Shown here: positions 36,236 through 46,947 of the stretch, one piece after another
Numbering within the stretch: the first letter of the stretch is position 1
Layout of the letters: each line of letters starts with the position of its first letter
NCBI GenBank assembly: GCA_040414485.1
Contig: JBEDUK010000013.1
Coordinates: 10,570-74,569, forward strand
Reading direction: 5' to 3'
Length of the DNA: 64,000 bases
Source: Actinomycetota bacterium
Lineage (GTDB): Bacteria; Actinomycetota; UBA4738
Notes under the pieces: generated by a model
What the model was told of the DNA's origin: nothing
Database searches by the model: none
Seen by the model: only the letters and a program-made list of their open reading frames with translations
Position numbers and translations under genes: made by a program

Positions 36236-37507
36236 TCAGAGGTAGTGAGCCGTCCGGGCGAAGCGTTCGAGCTCGTCACGGAACGCCGGGTGGGCCACGG
36301 CGATCAGCGCCTGCGCCCGTTCGCGCGTCGACCTTCCGTACAGCTCGGCGACCCCGAACTCGGTCACGACCGTCCGGACGTGCGCTCGCGTGGTGACGAC
36401 ACCGGAGCCCTCCTTCAGCACGGGCACGATGCGGCTGGCGGTGCCCTTCGCCGCGGTCGCCGGCAGCGCGATGATCGCCCTGCCCTCCTCCGCGAGGGCG
36501 GCACCGCGGATGAAGTCCATCTGGCCGCCGACACCGCTGAAGAGGTGGTAGCCGAGGGAATCGGCGCAGACCTGGCCGGTGAGGTCCACCTCGATCGCGG
36601 AGTTGATCGCGACCATCCGTGAGAGGCGCCGGATAACCGCGGTGTCGTTCGTGTAGTCACAGGGCCGGAGCTCGATCATCGGGTTGTCGTCGACGAACCG
36701 GTACAGGCGCTCGGTGCCCATCATGAACGACGAGACGATCTTGTTGCGGTTGATCTCCTTCCGGCGCCCCGTGACCACACCTTTCTCGACCAGGTCGACA
36801 ACCGCGTCCGTGAACATCTCCGTGTGGATGCCCAGATCTCGCTTGTCGCCGAGTGCCATGGCGACCGCCGCGGGGATGGCCCCGATCCCGAGCTGGAGGG
36901 TCGCCCCGTCGGGCACCAGGTCCGCGACGTGCAGACCGATCAGCCGTTCGGCATCGCCGATCTGGGGCGGCGGGCTCACGTAGGGCGGGATGTCCACCTC
37001 GACCGCCGTATCGATCTGGTCCACGTGGACGAACGCGTCGCCGAGCGTGCGCGGCATCGAGTGGTTGAACTGGGCGATCACCGTGTCCGCGGCGCGGACG
37101 GCGGCGAGCGTCGCTTCGACGGACGTGCCGAGCGAACAGAAGCCGTGGGCGTCAGGCGGCGAGACGTTGATGAGCACCGCGTCCAGATCGAGCGTCCGGT
37201 CTCGGAACATGCCCGGGATGTCGTTCAGGAACGCGGGGATGTACTCGGCGCGACCCTCGTTGATGGCGGCCCGCGCGTTGCTTCCGATGAAGAGCGCACG
37301 GTGGCGGAAATGCCCGGCCATCTCCGGTTGCAGGTGCGGTCCGGGGCCCTCCAGATGCAGATGCAGGACCTGCACGTCGTGGAGCTCGTCGGCCCGGGCG
37401 ACCAGTGCGTCGAGCAGGACCGACGGCGCGGCGGCGGCCGCGTGGACATAGATCCAGTCGCCCGACCTGATCGGCGCCACCGCTTCTTCGGCGCTCACGA
37501 TCCTCAT
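36236..37507 (-). CDS. acetyl-CoA hydrolase/transferase family protein (4-hydroxybutyrate CoA-transferase-like)
   Basis: 423 aa, N- and C-terminal AcetylCoA_hydro domains (GIGAIPAAVA..., VTTRAHVRTVVTEFGVAELYG). Confidence 0.85.
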   Translation of the reverse strand: MRIVSAEEAVAPIRSGDWIYVHAAAAAPSVLLDALVARADELHDVQVLHLHLEGPGPHLQPEMAGHFRHRALFIGSNARAAINEGRAEYIPAFLNDIPGMFRDRTLDLDAVLINVSPPDAHGFCSLGTSVEATLAAVRAADTVIAQFNHSMPRTLGDAFVHVDQIDTAVEVDIPPYVSPPPQIGDAERLIGLHVADLVPDGATLQLGIGAIPAAVAMALGDKRDLGIHTEMFTDAVVDLVEKGVVTGRRKEINRNKIVSSFMMGTERLYRFVDDNPMIELRPCDYTNDTAVIRRLSRMVAINSAIEVDLTGQVCADSLGYHLFSGVGGQMDFIRGAALAEEGRAIIALPATAAKGTASRIVPVLKEGSGVVTTRAHVRTVVTEFGVAELYGRSTRERAQALIAVAHPAFRDELERFARTAHYL

Positions 37508-37566
37508 GACGCAGCAAGTGTATTTCGCGGTCGCGGCTCTCCTCCGCCGCCTAGCCCGTCCACGGC

Positions 37567-37580
37567 GGGCCGACCGGCAC
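37567..37580. promoter_or_regulatory. inverted-repeat variant GGGCCGACCGGCAC 60 nt upstream of CoA-transferase gene
   Basis: recurring motif family. Confidence 0.3.
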
Positions 37581-37586
37581 GGCGCA

Positions 37587-37888
37587 TCAGGCCGCTTCTT
37601 CGGCGTCCTCTGGAAGCGTGGCCGTCTGCCCGATCTCGAGGCTGCGCGCCTTCGTGTAGAGCTTCCTCTCGCGCATGCCGAACGGCCAGATCCGCCGCTT
37701 CCGGCGCCGCTCGTCCCTCAGCCGGAGCGCTCGCGCCTCCTCGGCCTGCCTGGCGCGCTCCTCCTCCACGCCGGAATACGGCTTGCCCGCGACCTCTGCG
37801 TAGAACCGGCCGAGCTCGACGGCCTCAGCGTCGCTCAGGCCCACGCCCGCTGCCTTCTTCTCGAGCTGCTTCATCCGAAGCGCGTCCA
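37587..37888 (-). CDS. hypothetical charged coiled-coil protein (100 aa)
   Basis: ATG 37888 after GAGGAGG SD; no family assigned. Confidence 0.4.
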
Positions 37889-37982
37889 TGGCGTCCTCCT
37901 CGTGCGCGCCCGTCGCATGTCTCGGGATCGATCGTGCCACCGTCCGCCGCGCCGGGCGGGGGTCCATCGCGCCGACCCGCAT

Positions 37983-37996
37983 GGGCCCTTCGGCAC
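37983..37996. promoter_or_regulatory. inverted-repeat variant GGGCCCTTCGGCAC ~78 nt upstream of WS/DGAT gene
   Basis: recurring motif family. Confidence 0.35.
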
Positions 37997-38073
37997 CGCC
38001 GCGGCGGCCGCTCGGGGGCGACGATGCAGATCGAAGAGTTGTTGATCGCCGTTTTCGGCACAGGAGATCCGAC

Positions 38074-39474
38074 ATGGCCGCCATCGAACGCATCAGCGGC
38101 CGCGACGCGGCGTTCTTCCTTCTGGAGGGGCCGAAGACGCCGTATCACGTCGCCGCGCTGATCACGCTGGAGGGTCCGCCCCTCCCGCACCAGGACCTCA
38201 TGCGCGCCGTCGAGCGCCGGCTCGACGCCCTCCCGCGCTTCCGGCAGCGATTGGACCACCGTCGGTTCGCCGGGCGGCCGGTCTGGATCGACGATCCGAA
38301 CTTCGACCTGGAGTATCACGTGCGGCGGACGGCGGTGGATGCACCTGGAACCGAGGAGCAGCTCAAGCACCTCGTTGCCGGGCTCATGGAGGGGCATGTA
38401 TCGCGGTTCCGGCCTCTGTGGGAGCTGTGGGCGATCGACGGCCTGCTCTCCGGGGGGACCGCGCTGCTGCTGAAGGTGCACCACGCCATGGCCGACGGGG
38501 TGACGGGCGTCCACGACCTCATGCTGCTGTTCGACGAACGGCGGCGGCCGTCGCGTCGCGCGGGGACGGGGCCGCGGCCGGCCGAGTCATGGCGCCCTGA
38601 GCCAGCACCCGGCCGCGCCCGTCTCCTGGCGGGGGCGGCCGCCGAGGCGCTGATGACGCCGATCACGCTGTCCCGCGCCGCGGTGCGTGCAGTGGCGAAT
38701 CCACTGGCTACCGCGTCGACGGCGCTCGGATGCGCCGAGGTGGCCGCCGCCGCGTTCCGGCCCGCACCCCGGTCGCCGTTCAACGTCGCCATCGGCCCGA
38801 ACCGGACGTTCCAGCTCGCTCGGGTACCCCTGGCCGACGTGAGGGAGATCGCGACGGCACGGAGCGTAACCGTCAACGACGTGCTGCTCGCAGTGACCGC
38901 GGGAGCCCTCAGGCGGTGGCTCCTGGAGCACGGTCACCACGTCGATGGGCTCGAGCTGCGTGCCCTCATCCCGGTGTCGCTGCGACCCACCGGCGATACC
39001 GACTCGGCCGGCAATCGGGTGAGCGGCATCATCGGGCCGCTGCCGGTGTTCGAAGCCGACCCGATCGCGCGGCTCGAGCGCGTGCACCGCGCGATGCTTC
39101 GCGCGAAGCGGTCGAAGCAGGTGCTCGGGGCCGGCGCCATGCTGAACCTTCCGGCGGTCGTGCCGGGCGTGGTGGCCAGGCCGGTGGCCGGCATCCAGAG
39201 CGTCCAGCGGTTCTTCAACGTCTGCATGACGAACGTGCCCGGTCCGGCCCGACCGCTGTATCTGGCAGGGCGCCGCATCGTCGACCTGATCCCGCTCACT
39301 CCGCTGTCGGCGAACGCGGCGCTGCTCGTGGCCGCCATCTCCTACGCGGGTGAGGTGACGTTCGGGCTGGTGGCGGATCCGGACGCGGTGCCGGATCTGG
39401 CGGTGATCGCCGAGGGCATCGAGAAGTCGCTGGTCGAACTCCTGCACGCCGTGCCGGATGGAGGTGCGCGATGA
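38074..39474 (+). CDS. tgs: wax ester synthase / diacylglycerol acyltransferase (triacylglycerol synthase)
   Basis: HHAMADG catalytic motif; ATG 38074 after AGGAG SD. Confidence 0.85.
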   Translation: MAAIERISGRDAAFFLLEGPKTPYHVAALITLEGPPLPHQDLMRAVERRLDALPRFRQRLDHRRFAGRPVWIDDPNFDLEYHVRRTAVDAPGTEEQLKHLVAGLMEGHVSRFRPLWELWAIDGLLSGGTALLLKVHHAMADGVTGVHDLMLLFDERRRPSRRAGTGPRPAESWRPEPAPGRARLLAGAAAEALMTPITLSRAAVRAVANPLATASTALGCAEVAAAAFRPAPRSPFNVAIGPNRTFQLARVPLADVREIATARSVTVNDVLLAVTAGALRRWLLEHGHHVDGLELRALIPVSLRPTGDTDSAGNRVSGIIGPLPVFEADPIARLERVHRAMLRAKRSKQVLGAGAMLNLPAVVPGVVARPVAGIQSVQRFFNVCMTNVPGPARPLYLAGRRIVDLIPLTPLSANAALLVAAISYAGEVTFGLVADPDAVPDLAVIAEGIEKSLVELLHAVPDGGAR

Positions 39475-40661
39475 GCCGTGCCGCGGTCGTTCCCCCTCGT
39501 ACGTCGTCATCCGTGGTCGTGTCGCCGGCATGCGGGCCGGACGGCATGCGGGCCTTCGTCGATCTCCCGTTCCGCCTCTACCGCGACGATCCGAACTGGG
39601 TGGCGCCGTTCCGCACCGATCTGACCAGGCAGCTGGACCCGGCGCGCGGTCCGTTCTTCGACCACGGAAGGGCGAGGTACTTTCTCGCGCGTCGCGACGA
39701 TCGGGTGGTCGGACGCATCTCCGCCCACGTCGACCGGGCCTTCAACATGTTCCATGCCGACGAACCGGAGGCGGCGGCCGGCGGCTTCTGGGGATTCTTC
39801 GAATGCGATGACGATCCGGACGCCGCGTGCGCGCTGTTCGACGCGGCGGCGGGCTGGCTGGCCGGCCAGGGCATGTCGTCCATGCTCGGTCCCGCGTCGT
39901 TCTCGCTGAACGACCAGGCGGGGCTTCTGGTCGACGGGTTCGCTGCGCCGCCCATGATCGAGATGACGTACAACCCGCCGTACTACCGGCGGCTCGTGGA
40001 GTCGGCCGGCTTCACCAAGGCCCAGGACCTGTTCGCCTACCGCCTGGAGTCGACGGCGGAACCGCCCGCCGACCTGGTGGCGCTCGCGCGCAGCGCGGAG
40101 ACGCTGTTCACCTTCCGCACGGTGCGCATGCGCGACTTCGACGCCGAGCTGGAGCGGTTCCTGCGCGTGTACAACGCGGCATGGGAGCGGAACTGGGGCT
40201 TCAGCCCCATGACCGAACGCGAGATCCGGCATCACGCGAAACAGCTGAAGCCCGTGCTGGATCCGAACCTGGTGATCGTCGGCGAACGAGGCGGTGAGAC
40301 GGTGGCGGTCGGGCTCACCATCCCGAACGTGAACGAGGAGATCATCCGGATGCACGGCCGGTACTCGCCGGCGGGGCTGGCCAGGCTGCTATGGCGGGCG
40401 AAGCGCCGCAGATGGGAGTCGTGCCGCGTCTACATCCTCGGCGTCAGGCGCGAGTTCCGGGAGAGCGGCATCGGCGCGCACCTGTACCTGGACACGCTGG
40501 CTGCCGTCAGGCACGGCGGCTACCGGTGGGGCGAGATGTCGTGGATCCTCGAGTCGAACGACGCGATGAATCGCGCCATCCGGCACATGGGCGGTACGGT
40601 CTACAAGACCTACCGCATGTACCAGCGGCCCATCCCGACTACGATGCGAACGACGCCGTGA
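39471..40661 (+). CDS. GNAT-fold acyltransferase-like protein
   Basis: ATGA overlap with tgs; family assignment tentative. Confidence 0.5.
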   Translation: MSRAAVVPPRTSSSVVVSPACGPDGMRAFVDLPFRLYRDDPNWVAPFRTDLTRQLDPARGPFFDHGRARYFLARRDDRVVGRISAHVDRAFNMFHADEPEAAAGGFWGFFECDDDPDAACALFDAAAGWLAGQGMSSMLGPASFSLNDQAGLLVDGFAAPPMIEMTYNPPYYRRLVESAGFTKAQDLFAYRLESTAEPPADLVALARSAETLFTFRTVRMRDFDAELERFLRVYNAAWERNWGFSPMTEREIRHHAKQLKPVLDPNLVIVGERGGETVAVGLTIPNVNEEIIRMHGRYSPAGLARLLWRAKRRRWESCRVYILGVRREFRESGIGAHLYLDTLAAVRHGGYRWGEMSWILESNDAMNRAIRHMGGTVYKTYRMYQRPIPTTMRTTP

Positions 40662-41728
40662 CAAGAGGACGAACGCGCCGCCTTCTGCTGTGGTCGATCC
40701 TGGCGGCGTTCGTGGCGCGGCTCATGACCGTCCGCCGCCGCAGGGATGAAGCCGCCCGGCAGATCGCCGCCGGTGAAGCGCCGGGACGGCACATCGCGTG
40801 GCTCGGTCGCGCGCTCGATCCCTTTCCCGAATCGGCGAACCAGCCGTATGTGATGCCGTCGCTTCCCCCTGCCGAGGTCGTGTCGATCCCCGACCGCGGC
40901 GAGTTCGTCGTGCGGCGCGGCGGGCGCGCTGCCGGCACGCCCGTCCTCCTGCTGCATGGCTGGATGGCGACGGCGGACCTGAACTGGTTCCTTCTCTACG
41001 ACGCCCTCGGGGCGCATCACCCGATCGTCGCGCCGGACCTCCGCGGACACGGACGGGCCCCGCGTTCGTCGGGCGCGTTCACGCTCGAGTCGTGCGCCGA
41101 CGACGCGGCGGCCATCCTTCGGCAGCTCGGCATCGAACGGGCCGTCGTGGTCGGCTACTCGCTGGGCGGCCCGGTGGCGATGCTGCTCTGGCGCAGGCAT
41201 CCCGAGCTGGTCGCCGGCCTGGTGCTGGAGGCGACGGCCATGGAATGGAGCGGTACACGGCGTGAGCGCATGGCCTGGCGAACCCTTGGGCTGATCGGGT
41301 TCCTGCTGCGCTGGCCGACGGGCCGCATCGTCCTCCTTCGCGCGCTGGGCGGCGTTCGGAGTGTGCCGACGGACCTGCTCCCGTATCGCGCGTGGGCCGA
41401 CGGCGAGTTCCGCCGGAACGATCCCACCGAGGCGGCGGAGGCCGGCCGGGCGCTGGCTGCGTTCGACGCCCGCCCGTTCGCCGGGTTGGTCGACGTGCCG
41501 GCCGCGGTCGTGGTCACGTCGGAGGACAGCCTGGTGCCGCCGGAACGCCAGCGGGCATTGGCGGCCGCGCTGCGCGCCTCGGTGTTCGAACTGGCCGGCG
41601 ATCACACGGCCGTCGCGGTCCGTCCGGACGAACTGGCGGAGACGACGCTTCGGGCGATCCAGTCCGTGACGGGCGAGCCGTCCGCGCCGGTCGAGGCACC
41701 GCCTCCTGCGACCGAAACAGTGATGTAG
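40657..41728 (+). CDS. alpha/beta hydrolase fold protein with N-terminal TM segment
   Basis: HGW...GYSLGG nucleophile elbow; GTGA overlap with upstream gene. Confidence 0.7.
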
Positions 41729-41730
41729 CC

Positions 41731-42963
41731 TTACGAGTCAGCCGCAGCGGGCGTGGGCGCCGCGGCAGGAGCCTGCGCGCCGGCCGCCGTTTCCGGCAAC
41801 ATGAGCGCCAGCGCCACCGCGCCCAGCGCCAGTGCCACCTCCAGCACGACCGCGCCCGAGAAGTCGCCCTGCGCGCTCTTGAGCAGCCCCATCAGGCCCA
41901 CGATCGCGGCCCCGCCGAGGTTCCCGGACAGGAGGATCACGCCGACGGCGGTGCTGCCCACCTGAGGCCCGAGCGTTCGATCCTCCCCGACCATCGCGAT
42001 CGAGATCGGGAGCGCCGCCAGCAGAAAGAAGCCCATGACCGCCGCCACGGAGATCAGCGCACCCAGCGATCCGAGATGTCCGAGGAGCCACAGCGACGGC
42101 GCGGCCACCAGGCCGGCGAGCAGGATGAACGGCTTCCGCCGGCGGAGCCGGTCGGACACGGCGCCGAGCGAGGCCGATCCGACCATCCCCGCGATCGTGA
42201 TCACGCCGGCAACCAGACCGGCGCCCGAGGCGCCGATGCCCTTCGGCTTGAGCATCTCCTCCAGCCACGTGGTCACGCCGAGGTACAGGCCGAACCCGAG
42301 GAACAGGACCGCCGAGAGCTTCCACTGGGTCGGGGATCGAAGCACGCGTGACAGGGCCTGTCGAACGCTCAATCCCTCCGGGGCGACCAGCCGCTCGGGA
42401 ACGCGCCTCGGCGCGATCACGTAGAAGCCGAGGAGCGCGACGGAGGCGAACGATGCGTAGACGAGCTGGCAGCCCCGCACACCGATGGCGTCGACCAGCG
42501 GTGGCGTCGCGATCAGCCCCACGGTGATCCCCAGGAAGATGGCCATCGTGCCGATCCCGGTCGCAGTGGCGGCGTCCTCCGGAGGGAAATGCCGGTTCAC
42601 GACGTCGGCGACGGCGTTGATCAGGAACGGCTGAGGGAGCAGCAGGCCGACCGTGAGCAGCAGCAGGACCGGGAGGTCGGCCGCGAGGGGGCGGAGGAAG
42701 GCGAAGACCGCGGTGGCGAGCCCGGCCCACAGCAGCGGGTTCCGGTATCCGAAGCGGTCGGCGACCGCGCCGGCGGGGATCGAGAGCAGGGCCGAACAGA
42801 TGGGACCGATGGAGACGAGGAGGCCGATGGAGACCTCCGACGTATGGAACGCGCGGGCGGCGTCGGCCGTCGCCGAGGCGAACGAGATCCAGAGGATGTG
42901 GCTCGCGGCGACCAGGGCGACATAGGCGAGGAGGACGCGCCAAGCGCCTGGCCGGATCTGCAC
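41731..42963 (-). CDS. MFS transporter
   Basis: 12 TM helices, GAVADRFGYR motif; start uncertain. Confidence 0.75.
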   Translation of the reverse strand: MQIRPGAWRVLLAYVALVAASHILWISFASATADAARAFHTSEVSIGLLVSIGPICSALLSIPAGAVADRFGYRNPLLWAGLATAVFAFLRPLAADLPVLLLLTVGLLLPQPFLINAVADVVNRHFPPEDAATATGIGTMAIFLGITVGLIATPPLVDAIGVRGCQLVYASFASVALLGFYVIAPRRVPERLVAPEGLSVRQALSRVLRSPTQWKLSAVLFLGFGLYLGVTTWLEEMLKPKGIGASGAGLVAGVITIAGMVGSASLGAVSDRLRRRKPFILLAGLVAAPSLWLLGHLGSLGALISVAAVMGFFLLAALPISIAMVGEDRTLGPQVGSTAVGVILLSGNLGGAAIVGLMGLLKSAQGDFSGAVVLEVALALGAVALALMLPETAAGAQAPAAAPTPAAADS

Positions 42964-43142
42964 CGGTGCAGTGTCGCATCCCGACGGAGGCGATCGTCGC
43001 GGACTCGAAGTCCTCGTGCGCGCCCTTCGCCTCCATCTCACCTCAGGCCGAACGGCCGGTCGCGACGGGACCGACCGGCCGTGCTCGGCGGTTCGGGCGT
43101 CGACCATGCTGGGTAAGTGGTGTGGCTGGGAGGTGAGGTCTG

Positions 43143-43601
43143 ATGAACAAAACCAGGCTCGATGTTGAACGGCCGTTCGCGCTCACTTTGATCGGCTGGC
43201 TCACGGCCGCTGCCGGGTTCATGCTCGTGGTCGGCACCCTCTACCGCGTGACCTCGGGTCGGGCCGACTCAACGGCCCGGATCGCACTGGGTCTCGGCGT
43301 GGTCGAGTTCCTGATCGGTTTGGCCATGGGTATCGGCGCCCGGTGGGCATACTGGCCCATCCGGATCCTCACGCCCATCAACTTCGTCATCGCCGTCGTG
43401 GCGACCGTCATCGGCGACAGGGCACTGGTCCTCTGGGCGGTCCTGTTCGGCGGGGCCACCTTGATCCTGTGGGGACCGGATCAGCTGGTCGGACGGTTCC
43501 GGACGGCGATCCGCCGCTGGCGCAAAGGCGAGCCGGCAGTCGCCGCGCCACGGACTGCGGCCTCGGCGAAGCCTGACGCCGGTGAGCGGATCGCAGCGTA
43601 G
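43143..43601 (+). CDS. hypothetical small membrane protein
   Basis: 4 predicted TM helices; lower-GC codons at 5' end. Confidence 0.4.
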   Translation: MNKTRLDVERPFALTLIGWLTAAAGFMLVVGTLYRVTSGRADSTARIALGLGVVEFLIGLAMGIGARWAYWPIRILTPINFVIAVVATVIGDRALVLWAVLFGGATLILWGPDQLVGRFRTAIRRWRKGEPAVAAPRTAASAKPDAGERIAA

Positions 43602-43680
43602 AAGGGCGACGGTTCCGATAGGAAAGAACGGGCGGGACGCCTCCGGCGTCCCGCCCGTTTCATTCGTGCCTTCGAGCGGT

Positions 43681-44829
43681 TCACTCGATCACGTGGATGT
43701 TGTGCCGCTCACCGATCTCCTTGAGGATCTTCGGCCAGACGGTCACACTGACCTCGCCGAGGTGCGCGGTGCGAAGCAGGAGCATCTGCGTGCGTGACTG
43801 ACCGATCCCCCCGCCGACCGACAGCGGCAGCGTTCCATCAACGATGCCGCGGTGGTACGGCAGGTCGAGCCATTCGGTCTGCCCGGTGATCTCCAATTGC
43901 CGCAGAAGGGCCGGGCCGTCGACGCGGATGCCCATCGACGACAGCTCGTGGCGCCGCCGCGTGACGTGGTTCCACACGAGGATGTCGCCGTTGAGGCCGT
44001 GCCGAACCTTGCCGTCCACCGTCGAGGTCTCCGTCGACCAGTCGTCGTAGTCGGCCGCGCGAAGCTCATGCGGGTATCCGTCCGCGAGCGTCCAGCCGAT
44101 GCCGATGATGAACACGGCGGGGTGATCCTTCAGCAGCATGGTCTCGCGCTGCTTCCGCGGCAGGTCCGGGTAGCGCTCGAGCACCTCTTCGGCATGGAAG
44201 AACTCGATCTCGTCCGGCACGTTGGGGAAGCGTGGGTCCCGGAGCGCCGGAAACAGACTTTGGACGTGGAGCTCGGCGTCGCGGATGACGCGCCACAGCG
44301 TGCGCACGACCGATTTCAGGTACTCGAGGTCGCGCTGCCCGGGCGCGATCGTCTTCTCCCAGTCCCACTGGTCGACGTACGCGCTGTGGTCGTGGTCCAG
44401 GAAGTAGTCCTTGCGGACCGCGCGCATGTCCGTGCAGATTCCATCGCCGATCTGACAGTCGAACTGCCTGAGCGCCAGGCGCTTCCATTTCGTCGCCGCC
44501 TGGACGACCTGCGCCTCGACCGGGTGCAGGTCGCGGTCGTTCGAGATATGGAACTGCACCGGCGTGCGTGATCCGTCCCGGTCGAGCATGTCGTTCACGC
44601 CGCCGTCGGCAGCCACGATGAGCGGCACCTGAACCATCATGAGGTTCATCCGGCGACACAGCTCGGATTCGATGAACTGCTTCGTGGCGAAGATGGCCTG
44701 CTGCATCTGGCGGGGAGACAGCAGCGCGGCGTAGTCCGAGGGGAGCGCGCGATCGATCTCGTCGTAGGTGCCGATCCCCGGGCCGGCCAGGTCTCCCCGC
44801 TTGTCGTCGATCTGCGTACCGGTCGCCAT
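43681..44829 (-). CDS. asnA: aspartate--ammonia ligase (asparagine synthetase A)
   Basis: near full-length similarity to E. coli AsnA (VYVDQWDWE, DYDDWS, LNGDILVWN, ELSSMGIRVD, GGGIGQSR). Confidence 0.85.
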   Translation of the reverse strand: MATGTQIDDKRGDLAGPGIGTYDEIDRALPSDYAALLSPRQMQQAIFATKQFIESELCRRMNLMMVQVPLIVAADGGVNDMLDRDGSRTPVQFHISNDRDLHPVEAQVVQAATKWKRLALRQFDCQIGDGICTDMRAVRKDYFLDHDHSAYVDQWDWEKTIAPGQRDLEYLKSVVRTLWRVIRDAELHVQSLFPALRDPRFPNVPDEIEFFHAEEVLERYPDLPRKQRETMLLKDHPAVFIIGIGWTLADGYPHELRAADYDDWSTETSTVDGKVRHGLNGDILVWNHVTRRRHELSSMGIRVDGPALLRQLEITGQTEWLDLPYHRGIVDGTLPLSVGGGIGQSRTQMLLLRTAHLGEVSVTVWPKILKEIGERHNIHVIE

Positions 44830-44844
44830 GGCGCTCTCCTTTCG

Positions 44845-46947
44845 TCAGGCGCGATCAGGCGCGATCAGCCCGCCTGGGTGCGTGTTCGCATTCCGCCGCG
44901 CGGCCGCGGTCAGCACCTGTCCCAGAGCGATGCCGTCGTCCCCGATCGGAACGGCCCGAGGGACGAAGACCTCGAACCCGAACGACGCCAGTCGGGCGCC
45001 CACGTCCGAGGCCAGAAGGTCGTCGGCGAAGACCTCGCCGGCGAGGCAGACGCGGCGCAGGCCGGTCTGCATCGCGATCAGCCGCCCCATGGCCGCCACC
45101 GCCGCGGCCATCGTGCGGTGGAACCGGCCGGCCACCTGGCCGGGTGAACGACCCTGTACGAGGTCCCGGACGATCGCGGTCACGATCGGGCGGGTGTCGA
45201 TCGTGAGACGTCCGTCCTCGGCGCCGATGTCGAACGGATACTCATGGGTCGCCGAGCCGTCGGCGGCCTGCTCGAGCAGGGTCGCGGCTCTCCCGCCGGG
45301 ATCGGCCTCGCGGCAGATCCCTGTCAGCGCGGCGACCGCGGCGAAGAGGTGCTCGGCGCTCGACGTCGCCGTGACGGTGGGTGGCGTCGAAGCGTCCGCA
45401 CCCGTTCGGAACGGCAGGGAGGCCGACGACGGACGGATGTGGAGCAGCTTCATGGCCCGTTCCAGGCATCCGGCATCGTCCGCATGAGCCAGCGCCAGCC
45501 GCAGGGGATCGTTCACGGCGCTCTCCCCGCCCGGCACCCGGACCGTCAGCAGGTTCCCGATCCGCTTGGAAGAGGTCCAGTCGGAGACGAGGAACTCACC
45601 CCCCCAGACCGCTCCGTCCGTTGCGACCGAGCCCGCGTCGAACACGATTCCAAGCGTCGATCCATCCAGACCGTGCTCGGCCATGACCGCTGCGATGTGG
45701 CCATGGACGTGCTCCACGGGCACCAGCGGCACGCCGAGCGACGACGCGAACCGCACGGCCGGACCGTCGTCGCTCGCGTCGTGGGCGACCAGGGCGGGCT
45801 CGATGCCGAGGATGCGCGCCCGCCGCTCGACGCTCCGCGTGTACATCTGCAGCGCGTCCGCGGAGGCGAGCGTCCCGTCACGCTCGGCGAGGAACGCGTC
45901 GGTGCCGTCGGCCAGACAGAACGCCGGCCGCGACCCGGCGCCCGTGGCCAGCATCGGTTCGGCCTGCACCGGGATCTCCAGCGGCACCGTGGCGCGCGTC
46001 CGGCCCCGGCGGAGCACGACGGGAGCTTCACGGCGAACGGCCAGCACGGTGTCGGCGCCGGGTTCGGCGATCCTGCGGTCGTGAAACAGCACCAGGTCGT
46101 GGCCGCGGACGTGTGATCTGGCATCCGTGTCGTCCCACCTGATCGGTTCGCCGGGCGAGCCGGCCGGGATCAGCACCAGCGGCCTGCCCGCGTCCCTGGC
46201 GAGCAGATGCAGGAGCGGCGTGGACGGCAGGCACACGCCGGCGCGCACGAAACCGGGCGCGGCGTCGGACGTCACGGCCGCCGTCCGCATCGCGGCGAGC
46301 AGCACCGGCGCCTCTGCCGATGACAGCTCCGCCTCCTCTTGGGCGTTCAGCACGAACGAATGGCGCGCCGTCTCCAGGTCGGGCGCCATGATCACGAATG
46401 GCTCGTGGGGCCGATGGGTCCGCCGACGGAGACGTGCGAGCGCCTGGTCGTCGGTGGCGTCGCACACGAGCTGATACCCAGCCGCACCCTTCAGGGCGAC
46501 GATCCCGCTCTCCCGGAGCGCATCCGCCGCCTGTCGCAACGCATCGCCGGACACCCGGCGCCACCGGCTGTCCGCCAATCGGAGCGCCGGCCCACAATTC
46601 GGACACGAGATCGTCTCGTCGTCGAACCGCCGCCCGTGCGCGTCCCCGTACTCGGCACGACAGGAGTCACACATTGGGAAGTCCCGCATGGTCGTCCGCC
46701 GGCGTTCGAAGGGCAGCGACTCGACGACCGAGAGGCGTGGGCCGCAAGTGGCGCAGTCGATGAACGGGTAGCGGAACCGGCGGTTGGACGGGTCGAACAG
46801 TTCTGCCAGGCAGGAGGGGCACGGAGCCGTGTCGGCCGGAATCGCGGCGTGCTGCCCGGCGTCCGGCGTGATGAGCAGGTCGGCCGGAGAGGGAGCCTCC
46901 GGATGGAGCAGGAGTGCCTCGCCGGCGGCGCCCGCGCGTGGGCTCAC
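44845..46947 (-). CDS. hypF: [NiFe]-hydrogenase maturation carbamoyltransferase HypF (starts at zinc-finger region; no acylphosphatase domain)
   Basis: CPSCLAELFDP...RYPFIDCATCGPR zinc fingers, YrdC and Kae1-like domains; GTGA/ATGA coupling to protease gene. Confidence 0.9.
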   Translation of the reverse strand: MSPRAGAAGEALLLHPEAPSPADLLITPDAGQHAAIPADTAPCPSCLAELFDPSNRRFRYPFIDCATCGPRLSVVESLPFERRRTTMRDFPMCDSCRAEYGDAHGRRFDDETISCPNCGPALRLADSRWRRVSGDALRQAADALRESGIVALKGAAGYQLVCDATDDQALARLRRRTHRPHEPFVIMAPDLETARHSFVLNAQEEAELSSAEAPVLLAAMRTAAVTSDAAPGFVRAGVCLPSTPLLHLLARDAGRPLVLIPAGSPGEPIRWDDTDARSHVRGHDLVLFHDRRIAEPGADTVLAVRREAPVVLRRGRTRATVPLEIPVQAEPMLATGAGSRPAFCLADGTDAFLAERDGTLASADALQMYTRSVERRARILGIEPALVAHDASDDGPAVRFASSLGVPLVPVEHVHGHIAAVMAEHGLDGSTLGIVFDAGSVATDGAVWGGEFLVSDWTSSKRIGNLLTVRVPGGESAVNDPLRLALAHADDAGCLERAMKLLHIRPSSASLPFRTGADASTPPTVTATSSAEHLFAAVAALTGICREADPGGRAATLLEQAADGSATHEYPFDIGAEDGRLTIDTRPIVTAIVRDLVQGRSPGQVAGRFHRTMAAAVAAMGRLIAMQTGLRRVCLAGEVFADDLLASDVGARLASFGFEVFVPRAVPIGDDGIALGQVLTAAARRNANTHPGGLIAPDRA

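Noticed and set aside
36824-38161. 445-aa plus ORF spanning CoA-transferase, hypothetical and tgs regions
   Set aside because: Runs antisense through two real genes; no homology.
43177-43188. Perfect palindrome GAACGGCCGTTC
   Set aside because: Half-sites are in the opposite arrangement to the GGGCCGWWCGGCCC motif family, and it lies inside the coding sequence of 43143..43601. Probably chance.
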